A DNA stretch of 64,000 nucleotides from Patescibacteria group bacterium (GCA_018829965.1 JAHJTG010000008.1:9314-73313); one strand, 5' to 3'; shown: positions 1-9,949, counted from the first letter of the stretch. Numbers and translations: made by a program. The notes: generated from the letters alone by a model not told the origin.

Positions 1-206
1 TCAAAAAGCTATTTCTTGAAGCTAATAAAGCTAGAAATGATTATATTTTAGGAGATCCACTACAAAAACAGATTATTGCAAATAATCTACTTTGGAACCT
101 TGGATTTCAAGGTCAAAAAGTACTCAATTTAAGACTAAAAATGCCATACGAACGTATGGCACAAGAACCAAAACCGACTGAATTATGCGAAATGTTGCGG
201 GGCTAG
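1..206 (+). CDS. 3' end of an unidentified CDS (partial, runs off the window start)
   Basis: Frame 3 is open from nt 3 to TAG at 204-206 (...KMPYERMAQEPKPTELCEMLRG*). No motif recognised. The last ~10 nt overlap tRNA-Gln on the other strand. Confidence 0.3.
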   Translation, partial: KKLFLEANKARNDYILGDPLQKQIIANNLLWNLGFQGQKVLNLRLKMPYERMAQEPKPTELCEMLRG

Positions 207-265
207 GATTCGAACCTAAATATGCTGCGCCAAAGGCAGCTGTCCTACCATTAGACGACCCCGCA
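195..265 (-). tRNA. tRNA-Gln (anticodon UUG)
   Basis: Reverse complement folds as a cloverleaf: acceptor UGCGGGG/CCCCGCA (U1-A72), U8, anticodon stem GCUGC/GCAGC with loop CUUUGGC, T arm UUAGG-UUCGAAU-CCUAG. No encoded CCA. Confidence 0.85.
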
Positions 266-278
266 ATAATTTAAAACT

Positions 279-1382
279 CTACTCCCCTTTTATTGTTATA
301 TCCACGACCGCTAACTCTATCGGCAGTTGCTGGATTGAACTGTATTTCATCTTATTTTCTGCTCCAAGAAAGGATTCTACCATAACTTGTAAATCTTTTT
401 CTGTTAATTTCGCCACCTGCTCTTTCATTTTAACAAGCTCTTCTTGGCTTAAACCTGATGTCTCCGGCTTTAAAAAGTCAGGGTTTATCTTTAATAATAG
501 AGATTGCCTTAGATAATAAGTCAGGGTTTTGACGAATTCCTGTAAATCTGCTCCGCTGTCTACCATTGAATTGATAAATAGCACTGCTTCTTTTGTATTT
601 TTTGAAATAAGAAAATCTACGAATTTTGAAATATGTCCTATTTCAATAATTCCCAACAAGTTTTCCACACCCTCTGAAGTTATTGCCGCTGTTTTGCCGG
701 AAAAACTTAAACATTCGTCCATCAAACTTTCGGCATCTCTAAAAGACCCGCGAGCATTCAAAGCAATCAAAGATAAAGCCGCTTTATCAAACTTTATTCC
801 TTCTTTTTGTGAAATATATTCTAATTTCTGAATAATTTCGGGAACTTGCAGGCGTTTAAAATCAAATCTTTGGCAACGAGAAATAATTGTTGGTATCATT
901 TTGTGAATTTCAGTAGTAGCTAAAACAAAAACTGCGTGAGCTGGCGGCTCTTCTAATGTTTTTAACAGAGCGTTAGCGGCATCTTTGCTTAATTGATGGC
1001 ATTCGTCAATTATAAAGACCTTGTATTTTGATTTTACCGGAGCAAATTTTATTCCATCCCTTAATTCACGGATGTCATCTATCCCTCTATGAGAAGCCGC
1101 ATCTATTTCTATTAAATCCATTGAATTGCCATTTGTAATTTCCAAGCAAGACGAACATTTATCACAAGGCTCAAATTGCTCGGGTCTTCTATTTTCACAA
1201 TTAATCGCTTTTGCAAAAACTCTGGCGAAAGTTGTTTTACCGGAACCGCGAGGCCCGGTAAATAAATAGGCGTGCGAAATTGAATTTGCAGAAATCGCAT
1301 TAGTTAAAGTTTGGGCAACGTGTACTTGCCCAATAATTTCTTTAAATATCTGGGGTCTGTATTTCCGATATAGGACTGTCAT
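279..1382 (-). CDS. dnaX: DNA polymerase III subunit gamma/tau (short form)
   Basis: YRPQ.F..IIGQ, Walker A GPRGSGKTT, Zn module CxxCxxC, IIDECHQL, sensor ISRCQRF. Confidence 0.95.
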   Translation of the reverse strand: MTVLYRKYRPQIFKEIIGQVHVAQTLTNAISANSISHAYLFTGPRGSGKTTFARVFAKAINCENRRPEQFEPCDKCSSCLEITNGNSMDLIEIDAASHRGIDDIRELRDGIKFAPVKSKYKVFIIDECHQLSKDAANALLKTLEEPPAHAVFVLATTEIHKMIPTIISRCQRFDFKRLQVPEIIQKLEYISQKEGIKFDKAALSLIALNARGSFRDAESLMDECLSFSGKTAAITSEGVENLLGIIEIGHISKFVDFLISKNTKEAVLFINSMVDSGADLQEFVKTLTYYLRQSLLLKINPDFLKPETSGLSQEELVKMKEQVAKLTEKDLQVMVESFLGAENKMKYSSIQQLPIELAVVDITIKGE

Positions 1383-1386
1383 ATTT

Positions 1387-1422
1387 TTTAGGGTATAGGG
1401 TTTAGGGTTTAGGGTATAGATT
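1387..1422. repeat. Heptamer-type repeat (GGGTTTA/GGGTATA units), family C
   Basis: tagggtatagggtttagggtttagggtatag in the dnaX-gtrA spacer. Related to the CCTAAAT arrays elsewhere in the window. Confidence 0.6.
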
Positions 1423-2082
1423 TGAGTCCGTTGGCTCTGTGTCTAATATTGGAACCTCTTTTTTAAATACAATAAATTTATAGCTTAAGAAATTCCAAAC
1501 AACAGCAACAATTGCGGCTAAGATTACGCTTACTTTGATCCAGATATCTTCAGATATTCCGAATTGCGGACCGACAATTTTTGAAAAATATAAAAAAGCA
1601 CCAACATTAAATAAAAGCCCGATAAAAGTAACTATTATAAATTTTAGAAACTTCTCTTTAATTCCTTTTGAGCTCGTTTCTTCAAAAACCCAGTATTTAT
1701 TCCCTACGAACTTAAAGCAAACCGCAGTTAAATATGAAACTGCTTTAAAGGTTCCGCTAACCAAAACAATTCCTGCACCTGCACCTACTAGCCAAGCTAA
1801 AAGCTCAAAAATCTCAAGGTCTATCAATGTTGCTAAAATCCCGATTAATAAATATCTTACTAATTGTAAAACAAATTTATATTTTTTAGCTATTAAATCA
1901 GCGGCCCACAGTAGAATAATCGCTAAAACCGGCATTAAGAACAACAACACCCATTTTATAACAGAATACGGATCGTATTCTTTCACAAGATCAGCTAGAA
2001 TTAAAGCCGAAGCTTCCCCGCAGATAATTGTTAGTATAATATCTACTAATTTCATATATATTTTGTTAAGCTTATCACACAT
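1402..2082 (-). CDS. GtrA-like membrane protein
   Basis: Four or more TM helices; the GNKYWVF and WNF..YKF.VF motifs are typical of the GtrA family. Confidence 0.7.
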   Translation of the reverse strand: MCDKLNKIYMKLVDIILTIICGEASALILADLVKEYDPYSVIKWVLLFLMPVLAIILLWAADLIAKKYKFVLQLVRYLLIGILATLIDLEIFELLAWLVGAGAGIVLVSGTFKAVSYLTAVCFKFVGNKYWVFEETSSKGIKEKFLKFIIVTFIGLLFNVGAFLYFSKIVGPQFGISEDIWIKVSVILAAIVAVVWNFLSYKFIVFKKEVPILDTEPTDSNLYPKP

Positions 2083-2175
2083 AATTTCTTTTGGAAAGAT
2101 TTCTTTATTCTTTATTCTTTCTTTATTCTCTTTTATCTAATTTATGTTAAAATATGTTAATAATTAAATACTCGT

Positions 2176-2793
2176 ATGTTTTCACAGTTAAAATCATTTT
2201 TAGAAAGAATTGACTACCACAGAGATCGATTGCTTTTTCCATTCATCAGAAAGTTTTGGCCTCGATATATCTGGCCGAATCATATAACAATTCTAAGGAT
2301 TATTATATCTGTAGTAATTGTTTTCTTGTTGATATTCGGCTTCCGAGATAGATTATGGCTGCTTTCACTCTTTATCATAGGCGCTCTATTAGATATGGTA
2401 GACGGTTCTGTTGCGAGAGCATTAAAAAGAGAAACTAAAATCGGGGCATTGTTAGACTCAATGGCTGACAGAATGTTGCTTTTACCAATTGGCGTTTTTA
2501 TTTTATTTAAAAATTATGTCTGGTTACTTCTATTTCTAATGATACCGGAAATTATTACAGGAATAATGATTCTATATTGCAGAACTAAGAATAAAATTAT
2601 TACAGCCACTATTTTTGGGAAAACAAAAATGGTTATTGAGTGTGTAGCTTTATCTGTAATAATTCTTTTTGATTTTCCGGATACTCCTTCCAGTTTTCCA
2701 ATAATATTGCTTTATTTTGCCGTTGCATTCGCTTTTCTGAATGTAGTTTTGAATATTAAAGTTCTAAAAAGTAAAGATGCTCAATTTTTATAA
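2176..2793 (+). CDS. CDP-alcohol phosphatidyltransferase family protein
   Basis: D-G-x2-A-R-x8-G-x3-D-x3-D signature ([27 protein letters not shown]); polytopic membrane protein. Confidence 0.85.
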   Translation: MFSQLKSFLERIDYHRDRLLFPFIRKFWPRYIWPNHITILRIIISVVIVFLLIFGFRDRLWLLSLFIIGALLDMVDGSVARALKRETKIGALLDSMADRMLLLPIGVFILFKNYVWLLLFLMIPEIITGIMILYCRTKNKIITATIFGKTKMVIECVALSVIILFDFPDTPSSFPIILLYFAVAFAFLNVVLNIKVLKSKDAQFL

Positions 2794-4207
2794 CACTCTT
2801 ATAAGGAAAAAACAGGAGTTCAAACCCCTAAAAGACAAGGGGGTCGGAATATACTCTTGCGGACCGACGGTATATTGGTATCAACATATCGGAAATTTAA
2901 GGTCTTATATTTTTAGCGACATTCTGAAAAGAGTTTTGGAATATGACGGATATAAAACAAAGCATGTAATGAATATTACTGATGTCGGACATCTAACCTC
3001 TGATGCTGATTCAGGCGAAGATAAAATGGAAAAAGCAGCAACAAAAGAAGGAAAAAGTGCAAAAGAGATTTCCAATTATTACTGGAAAATATTCCGCGAT
3101 GATTTTAAGAAACTGAATATTATTGAGCCAGATATCTGGTGCAAAGCAACAGAACATATAAAGGAACAGGTTGATTTAATAGAAAAACTTGAAGAAAAAG
3201 GATTTACCTATAAAACAGCTGACGGAATATATTTTGATACTTCAAAGTTTAAAAACTATGGCCAATTAGCTAAAAAAAACATCGAGGGGATAGAGTCTGG
3301 AAAAAGAGTGAAAATGCGAGATAAAAAGAATCCAACTGATTTTGCCTTATGGAAGTTTTCTGAAAAGCCAGGGATAAGGCAACAAGAATGGAAAAGTCCA
3401 TGGGGAGTAGGATTCCCAGGTTGGCATATTGAATGCTCGGCAATGTCAATGAAATACTTGGGCGAAACCTTTGATATTCACACTGGCGGAGAAGACCATA
3501 TCTCAATACACCATACAAATGAAATCGCTCAATCAGAAGCTAGCACTGGCAAGAAGTTCGTTAACTTCTGGCTACATGGCGCTTTTCTAACCTTTAAAGG
3601 AGAAAAAGTAAGCAAAAGCAAAGGCGGTCTCTATACTATTTCAGGGCTTGAGGAAAAAGGGTTCAATCCCCTCGCCTATCGCTATCTATGTTTAACCGCG
3701 CATTACAGAAGTCCTTTAGGTTTTAACTTAGACAGTTTAAAGAGCGCGGAAAACGCTTACGATAGGTTAAAAAATATCGTTCAAGAGATTAAGAATGACA
3801 AAAAGATTCACCCCGTTAGAAGTCCGATGCGCTTACGCATCGGCAGCCGCCTTTGGCGACTTACTTCTAACGGGGTAAACGAAAAATATTTAAATGATTT
3901 TAAGAACGCAATCAATGACGATTTAGATATGCCAAAAGCAATAGCTATTTTATGGAATCTAATAAGAGATAAAAATGCTGTAGGAAAATTAGGAACAATT
4001 AAAGAAATGGATAAAGTTTTAGGTTTGGATTTGCTGAAAAAAGAAAAAAAAGAAATACCGGCAGCAATTAAGAAACTAGCGATAGAAAGGGAAAAAGCAA
4101 GAAAAAACAAAGATTGGCAGAAAGCTGACGAGTTGAGAAAACAAATTGAAAAATCAGGTTATTTAATAGAAGATACTGAAAACGGACCAAAATTAAGAAG
4201 AAAATAG
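2777..4207 (+). CDS. cysS: Cysteinyl-tRNA synthetase (carries an in-frame palindromic insert at 3810-3876)
   Basis: CGPTVY, HIGN (HIGH), WHIECS, KVSKS (KMSKS), C-terminal DALR-like helix bundle. Confidence 0.95.
   Translation: MLNFYNTLIRKKQEFKPLKDKGVGIYSCGPTVYWYQHIGNLRSYIFSDILKRVLEYDGYKTKHVMNITDVGHLTSDADSGEDKMEKAATKEGKSAKEISNYYWKIFRDDFKKLNIIEPDIWCKATEHIKEQVDLIEKLEEKGFTYKTADGIYFDTSKFKNYGQLAKKNIEGIESGKRVKMRDKKNPTDFALWKFSEKPGIRQQEWKSPWGVGFPGWHIECSAMSMKYLGETFDIHTGGEDHISIHHTNEIAQSEASTGKKFVNFWLHGAFLTFKGEKVSKSKGGLYTISGLEEKGFNPLAYRYLCLTAHYRSPLGFNLDSLKSAENAYDRLKNIVQEIKNDKKIHPVRSPMRLRIGSRLWRLTSNGVNEKYLNDFKNAINDDLDMPKAIAILWNLIRDKNAVGKLGTIKEMDKVLGLDLLKKEKKEIPAAIKKLAIEREKARKNKDWQKADELRKQIEKSGYLIEDTENGPKLRRK
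3810..3876. repeat. Palindromic insert (family F, CCCCGTTAGAA termini) inside cysS
   Basis: accccgttagaagt...acttctaacggggt inverted termini enclose the hairpin ccgatgcgcttacgcatcgg. Translated as [23 protein letters not shown]. Confidence 0.8.
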
Positions 4208-4230
4208 AAATTAATAATTCACACTTTTTA

Positions 4231-4265
4231 CCCTTGCCGTCTATTGGCAAGGGTTTTTGTTTTTG
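4231..4265 (+). terminator. Rho-independent terminator after cysS
   Basis: cccttgcc-gtctat-tggcaaggg hairpin followed by tttttgttttt. Confidence 0.7.
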
Positions 4266-4288
4266 ATATAGTTGGTTATAGATATATT

Positions 4289-5650
4289 ATGGCAAAGCAA
4301 GAACTCCAAGAAAAACTTCCTCCCCAAAACATTGAAGCAGAACAAAGCCTGTTAGGCTGTTTGATGTTAGATAAAGACGCCATTATCAAAGTGTCTGATT
4401 TTACCAACGCAGACGACTTCTATAAAGACACTCATAAAGAAATATATCAAGCAATGCTAGAGCTCTACCGAAGAATGGAGCCGATCGACCTTTTATCTGT
4501 AACCAGCCGGCTCCGCGAGAAGGAAGGTTTGGAAAAAATTGGCGGGTCAAGTTATTTAACCTCTTTAATTAACGCTGTTCCAACGGCTACTCATGTTTTA
4601 AATTATGCAAAAATAGTCCGAGCAAAAAAGATTTTAAGAGATTTAATCGGAGCATCAGATGAAATAGGTTTAGCAGCTTTTGATGAAGCAGAGGATGTTG
4701 ATGTTTTATTGGATAAAGCGGAAAAAACAATATTTGGCATCGGGCAAAAATCATTAACACAAAATTTTATTGCGATAAAAGATATACTACCAGATACTTT
4801 TAATAGACTAGACGAACTTTCAAAACATAAAGGCGCTTTAAGGGGACTTCCAACCGGATTCCGCGATTTAGATAATAAGCTATCGGGCTTACAAAAATCA
4901 GACCTGATTATTTTAGCTGCCAGACCAGCTATGGGTAAAACTTCTTTAGCTTTAGATATTGCAAGACAGATAGCAACTAATCAGAAAGTTCCTGTCGGTA
5001 TATTCAGCTTAGAAATGTCTAAAGACCAGCTCGTAGACAGAGTGTTATCCGCCCAATCCGGCGTTGATTCTTGGAAATTAAGGTCGGGTAATCTTTCAGC
5101 TGATGGTCCCGATAATGATTTCACTCTGCTCCAAGAAGCAATGGGTCATTTATCAGAAGCTCCAATATATATTGACGATGCTGGTATGGTGAATATACTG
5201 CAAATGAGAGCAATGGCAAGACGCTTGCAGGCAGAAAAGGGTTTAGGATTACTAATTGTTGATTATCTCCAATTAATGGATTCGACTATTAGAAACTTTT
5301 CAGCCGTTCAGCAAGTAACTGAAATCTCAAAAGCATTGAAAGCTTTAGCGAAAGAATTAAATATTCCCGTCCTAGCAATATCCCAATTATCTAGAGCAGT
5401 TGAAGGTAGAACTCCGTCGATTCCAAGATTATCTGACCTTCGCGAAAGCGGAAGTTTAGAGCAAGATAGCGATGTAGTTTTATTTATTTATCGGGAAGAC
5501 AAATATATGGAAAATCCGGAAAAAAGAAATGTTGCCAAAATCATAATTGCAAAACACAGAAATGGCCCAGTCGGCGAAATTGAGCTATACTTTGACGAAA
5601 ACAGAACAACCTTTAGAAGTTTAGAAAAGGACGAATATGCTACATCATAA
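4289..5650 (+). CDS. dnaB: Replicative DNA helicase
   Basis: PPQNIEAEQSLLGCLML N-terminus, Walker A ARPAMGKTS, IVDYLQL, SQLSR, HRNGP. ATG at 4289 is preferred over the TTG at 4244, which lies in the terminator hairpin. Confidence 0.95.
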   Translation: MAKQELQEKLPPQNIEAEQSLLGCLMLDKDAIIKVSDFTNADDFYKDTHKEIYQAMLELYRRMEPIDLLSVTSRLREKEGLEKIGGSSYLTSLINAVPTATHVLNYAKIVRAKKILRDLIGASDEIGLAAFDEAEDVDVLLDKAEKTIFGIGQKSLTQNFIAIKDILPDTFNRLDELSKHKGALRGLPTGFRDLDNKLSGLQKSDLIILAARPAMGKTSLALDIARQIATNQKVPVGIFSLEMSKDQLVDRVLSAQSGVDSWKLRSGNLSADGPDNDFTLLQEAMGHLSEAPIYIDDAGMVNILQMRAMARRLQAEKGLGLLIVDYLQLMDSTIRNFSAVQQVTEISKALKALAKELNIPVLAISQLSRAVEGRTPSIPRLSDLRESGSLEQDSDVVLFIYREDKYMENPEKRNVAKIIIAKHRNGPVGEIELYFDENRTTFRSLEKDEYATS

Positions 5651-5697
5651 AATCCTAAATCCTAATTTCTAAATCCTAAATAAATCCAAAATCCAAA
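5651..5697. repeat. Heptamer array (AATCCTA/AATCCAA units), family C
   Basis: aatcctaaatcctaatttctaaatcctaaataaatccaaaatccaa directly 5' of the recR ATG. Confidence 0.7.
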
Positions 5698-6338
5698 TGG
5701 CTAATGATCAAAGCCCGATTATTCAAAAACTAATTGATTTATTCTCTAAATTCCCCACAGTTGGACAAAGAACCGCTAGCCGGTTTGTTTTTTATTTAAT
5801 AAAACAACCTCAAGAAAAGATTGAGGAATTAATCACTTCTATCCAAAACTTAAAAAGCAAGATCAAATGTTGTTCTTTTTGTTTTAATCCCTTTGAAGCA
5901 AACGACGATGATGATTTATGCGGAATATGCAACGATATGAGACGAGACAGAACATTGCTTTGTATTATTGAAAAAGAAAATGATTTGATTTCTATCGAAA
6001 GAACAAAAAAATATAAAGGCCTTTATTTCATCCTCGGCGGTACCGTAGCTACTTTAAAAAAAGACGATATTGAAAAATTAAGAATTAAAGAATTAGAGGA
6101 GCGATTAAGAAGCCCTCAAAGTTTTGGAATAATCACCTTGCTCAAAGAAATTATTATTGCCACTAATCCTACTCCGGAAGGTAAATCAACCGCAATTTTA
6201 GTTAAAAGGACAATTAAAGAAATCCTAAAAGACGACTCTATCAAAATTACTCATTTGGGTTTGGGATTGCCAGTAGGCGGTGAGCTTGAATACGCCGACG
6301 AAGAAACTCTAGAGAATGCTCTTGGGGGAAGGAAATAA
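5697..6338 (+). CDS. recR: Recombination protein RecR
   Basis: ~200 aa; C4 zinc finger CSFC...CGIC; Toprim-like C-terminal half. Confidence 0.9.
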   Translation: MANDQSPIIQKLIDLFSKFPTVGQRTASRFVFYLIKQPQEKIEELITSIQNLKSKIKCCSFCFNPFEANDDDDLCGICNDMRRDRTLLCIIEKENDLISIERTKKYKGLYFILGGTVATLKKDDIEKLRIKELEERLRSPQSFGIITLLKEIIIATNPTPEGKSTAILVKRTIKEILKDDSIKITHLGLGLPVGGELEYADEETLENALGGRK

Positions 6339-6408
6339 CAATTTAGTGTTAAATAAAAAAAATCCCGCGAAACTTCCTCGGAATTTTTTATCTGTTTGCA
6401 CAAATTGA

Positions 6409-7233
6409 CTATTTTGAACAAGGCGAGCTTTTATCGCAAATATACGCTCTTTCAAACCTTAAATCAATATAATCTAACGCTCCCCTACTTTCTTGCGGAA
6501 TTTCTTTCTCTAAAAGTAATTTTAACTTCGTAATTTGTAAATCCATATTAGAAGATACATTAAAATATACATTCCATCCTTCGCCTGTTAAAATATTCAT
6601 TCTTTCATCAGATGCTATATTTGCTTCTTTTATGTCTACGTTAAAATTATCTTTCAAGGTTTTTTTGATTTTAATAATAGAATCGACAATATCTTTTTTA
6701 GCTGCTTCTTTCCCCAACACAATTTCTTTCTTTTCGCTTTGTCTTATAACAATAAAATCAGCGACTGTATCTGCAGTTTCTTCAAATGCTACGCCGGTTT
6801 CATCAAGAAAGAAACACTTTTCGCTTGCCTCCGAATCGCAAAAAACAACTGATGGTACACGTTCTTTAATATTAATAACTAAGGTATTAATTAATCTTCT
6901 CTGAACTTTTACCAAACCGACATTAGGAAAGTTATCTATAATTGAATTGCTAATTGCATTCGGACTTATTAAAAATATGCTTTGCGAATTAAAAAACAAT
7001 ATTGGTCTTTTTATCTTTTCTGAAACCAATGCTTCAATATCGCTTGTCGCCGCTTTTTCGTTGCCAGAGATAACAATGTTTTTAATCTGGAAATAATCAA
7101 AAAAGAAAACGAGATAAAAAATCTCTGCTAAAAGAATTGCGATTAAAACTATCCGCCAAAAAAGCGGCTTTTTCAATAAACTTTTTTTTGCCTTTATTTT
7201 ATGCGGCCTTCTTTTTATTCTTCTTTTTGTCAT
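6409..7233 (-). CDS. ftsQ: Cell division protein FtsQ/DivIB-like
   Basis: Basic N-terminus, single TM helix, then a POTRA-like F.I..I.ISGN block. Confidence 0.6.
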   Translation of the reverse strand: MTKRRIKRRPHKIKAKKSLLKKPLFWRIVLIAILLAEIFYLVFFFDYFQIKNIVISGNEKAATSDIEALVSEKIKRPILFFNSQSIFLISPNAISNSIIDNFPNVGLVKVQRRLINTLVINIKERVPSVVFCDSEASEKCFFLDETGVAFEETADTVADFIVIRQSEKKEIVLGKEAAKKDIVDSIIKIKKTLKDNFNVDIKEANIASDERMNILTGEGWNVYFNVSSNMDLQITKLKLLLEKEIPQESRGALDYIDLRFERAYICDKSSPCSK

Positions 7234-7386
7234 CCCAGTATATCAACATCCAGAGCCAAACAAGATATAATTACGTTTTCGGCTTGAATGGTGTTCAATA
7301 TTTAATAAATTGATATTCAGTAATACTAACTCTCGTAGTGAGTTTGGCATTTTATTACCGAAAACACTGGATGTTGTATTACTGGG
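7234..7386. mobile_element. Internally deleted derivative of the GIY-YIG cassette seen at 59.6 kb
   Basis: Both ends (cccagtatatcaacatccagagccaaac... and ...cactggatgttgtattactgggcat) match the ends of the 59636-59950 element. The ~95-nt interior is non-coding. Confidence 0.65.
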
Positions 7387-7388
7387 CA

Positions 7389-8501
7389 TCAGAGCCCTCT
7401 TTTGGCTTTTCTTAATTTTTCAAACAAACAAGTGAGCCAGTATTTTTTTGAAATAATATAGTCCTGCGTTTTAATAAGCTCCCGGCGATAACCGCCGAAT
7501 CCCATTTTGAATAAAGTTAAACCATCCCACGGGTGTTTTTTGTTTAAAATTTTAAATTTAGAATTTCGGATTTGTTTAGGATTTAGGATTTCGGATTTAG
7601 GATTTACATTTTTTGTGTCGACGAAAAATGGCGATATTCCCCAAAAATTATATATTTCGCATCCCATCTTCTTTGCTTCTTTTATCGCCTCCCAGTGCAA
7701 AAGATAATTGACTGGTATTTTTGAATATTTAGTTAAAGAACCGCTATGATGATAAAAAGCAATGTTTTGCCAAAAAACAAAAATAGCAACAGAGATAATC
7801 TCTCCTTTATACTTCCCGAAGAAAATCTGAATCTGGTTATCCTTATTAAACGCTGAAAATTGATTTTTTAAGTATTTGATTGGAAAAACCACGAATTTAT
7901 GGCGTTTTGCTGTTTCTAAATAAACTGGAATAAACTTATCTAAGTCATCTATATTATTGCTTTTTACAATCTGAATATCTGGATTCTTTTGCGCTTGACG
8001 GATTAAATAACGGGTTGTTTTTCGCATTCCAGCGAGAAGTTCTTCTTCGGTGATGCTAATATCTAATTCCCACGTTACTTCAGCATGCATATGAATCGGC
8101 GCTTGTCTGAAACCCAAGTCTTTAAATATTTTGATATTATTCTCATCTCTTTCCCAAAAAGGAGCAATTCTAATAAAGCTCGCTTTTTCTTCTTGCGCTA
8201 TTTCTTTAAGTTTAGTTAGTAAAATTTCTAATACCTTATTTTTGGAAATTGGAAATTGGAAATTGGAAATTATATTTGGTCCATGAGGAACAAATAAAAA
8301 CGTTCCTCGCCTCGCAGATACCTTAGCGACTAAAGCCACGCCGACTAAATTTTCGTCATCATAAACACCGAATCTCCAAATTTTGCTTTTTTGCAATATC
8401 TGAAACTCTCCCCAATCCCACGATTGGAGGAATGTCTTTTCTTTAATGCCTACAAAGAAATCCTCCCAAATCTTTTTTTCCTTAATTTCTTTTATTTCCA
8501 T
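7389..8501 (-). CDS. FemAB-family peptidoglycan bridge-formation (aminoacyl-tRNA-dependent) transferase
   Basis: Size and overall pattern of Fem/MurM-like proteins (..SWDWGEF.., ..TRY.IRQA.., ..YHHSGS..). Contains two heptamer arrays. Confidence 0.7.
   Translation of the reverse strand: MEIKEIKEKKIWEDFFVGIKEKTFLQSWDWGEFQILQKSKIWRFGVYDDENLVGVALVAKVSARRGTFLFVPHGPNIISNFQFPISKNKVLEILLTKLKEIAQEEKASFIRIAPFWERDENNIKIFKDLGFRQAPIHMHAEVTWELDISITEEELLAGMRKTTRYLIRQAQKNPDIQIVKSNNIDDLDKFIPVYLETAKRHKFVVFPIKYLKNQFSAFNKDNQIQIFFGKYKGEIISVAIFVFWQNIAFYHHSGSLTKYSKIPVNYLLHWEAIKEAKKMGCEIYNFWGISPFFVDTKNVNPKSEILNPKQIRNSKFKILNKKHPWDGLTLFKMGFGGYRRELIKTQDYIISKKYWLTCLFEKLRKAKRGL
7548..7617. repeat. Heptamer array (TTAGGAT/TTCGGAT units), family C, inside the FemAB-like CDS
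   Basis: tttagaatttcggatttgtttaggatttaggatttcggatttaggattt; translated as NPKSEILNPKQIRNSKFKILN. Confidence 0.75.
8244..8271. repeat. (GGAAATT)x4 perfect tandem heptamer inside the FemAB-like CDS
   Basis: ggaaattggaaattggaaattggaaatt. Confidence 0.9.
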
Positions 8502-9802
8502 TGTTCTAAAAACTTAACTATTTTCTCTGCGTCTTTTTTAGAGATATTAATATGTGTTGGCAAATTAAGCGTTGTTTTTGAAAGTTTTTCAGCAGTTGGA
8601 CAAGAGCCCATTTTATAACCAATGCTTTCTAAATTTGTGTCGTAAGGGATAATTGGAGAAACATACCAATCCCCCACTATTATATTTTTCTTATGCCACG
8701 CCTCATAAATTATCTCGTGGGCCTTCGGATGTTTTATCGTGAAGCGCAAAAACCCGTGCTTTATATTTCTCGCGTCTAAGCTTTCCGGCGATAAATCTTC
8801 AGATATCTCAAAAGAAGTATCTTTTAATGAATTGTAATAAAACCTGCTTAATTCTTTGCGGTGGCTATAAAACCTGTCTATTTTCTTAAACTGATTTAAC
8901 GCCAGAATAGCTAAAGCATTCGGGTATCTTTTTGGGAAATACGAAGGCTTCTTTCCTATCTTCTCTTTCCAATGAACTGCTTTTGATAATATGCCGAACC
9001 ATTGTGATAAAACTAAAAATATTTTCCCTAAGTCTAAAACATTATAAAGAGGCAGTATTACCCAATTCATTAAAACCGGGTGCAATAATTGCTGAAAAAC
9101 CCAGTAATTATTGGGACGTCCGACGTCCCAATAAACTTTTCTTATTTTTGCGGCCAATTCGTCATCATCGGTGACTACGACACCGCCATAGACTGAAGAA
9201 ATATTCTTATCCCGTGAAAAACTAAAGAAAGAAGCTTTACCAAAAGTACCTACTTTCTTCCCATTGACTTCCGCTCCTAAGGCGTGAGCGCAATCCTCGA
9301 TTAAGATTAGGTTGTAGCGCTTTGCAAGGGCTATAATTCCGTCCATATTAGCTGGCAGGCCGAATGTATGCTGAATCATTAAAACCCTGCTATTTGAGCT
9401 TATTTTACGCTCTAAATCCCCTATATCTATATTAAAAGTGTCTTTATCGCAATCCACATAAACTGGCTTTAATCCTGCTTGCCTCGCCGAAGCTCGCAAG
9501 CGAAGGCGGGACCATAAAATAGGGTCTACAGCAGCAACGCAGGTGAAGGCTTGCAACAAAACCTCGCTCCCCGGCTTCAAGCCAAGCGATCTTAGGATTG
9601 CCATTAACCCCGATCTCCCGCTATTAAAGGAAATGGCGTGTTTTACGCTGAGATAGTTTTTAAACCTTTCTTCTAATTCTAAAACTGCCTTGCCTTGTTC
9701 CCATTTCCAAGGTTGGAAAATTAATTTCAAAGCCAGCAAGACATCATCTTTTTCCGTATTCGGCGATAATGATATTGAAATCGGCTTAAGGTATTGACAC
9801 AT
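8492..9802 (-). CDS. DegT/DnrJ/EryC1/StrS-family PLP-dependent aminotransferase
   Basis: Fold-type I sugar aminotransferase pattern; FSFSRDKNIS PLP-lysine block. GC-rich in-frame insert at 9474-9512. Confidence 0.8.
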   Translation of the reverse strand: MCQYLKPISISLSPNTEKDDVLLALKLIFQPWKWEQGKAVLELEERFKNYLSVKHAISFNSGRSGLMAILRSLGLKPGSEVLLQAFTCVAAVDPILWSRLRLRASARQAGLKPVYVDCDKDTFNIDIGDLERKISSNSRVLMIQHTFGLPANMDGIIALAKRYNLILIEDCAHALGAEVNGKKVGTFGKASFFSFSRDKNISSVYGGVVVTDDDELAAKIRKVYWDVGRPNNYWVFQQLLHPVLMNWVILPLYNVLDLGKIFLVLSQWFGILSKAVHWKEKIGKKPSYFPKRYPNALAILALNQFKKIDRFYSHRKELSRFYYNSLKDTSFEISEDLSPESLDARNIKHGFLRFTIKHPKAHEIIYEAWHKKNIIVGDWYVSPIIPYDTNLESIGYKMGSCPTAEKLSKTTLNLPTHINISKKDAEKIVKFLEQWK

Positions 9803-9949
9803 AGTTATGGATATAGTATAATATGAATATAGGATGAGATAGGAAATTTATTGATTTCGTCCTTTGAAAAATAAATTGTGATTCGCGAATATGTGTTTGC
9901 GGATGTGAAAAGATATAAATGAAACTGGAAAATTTTAAGGAGATGAAAA

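Noticed and set aside
1387-1422. Telomere-like (TTTAGGG)n
   Set aside because: Only two or three units are present, it is internal to a bacterial gene array, and it belongs to the heptamer family C. It is not a chromosome end.
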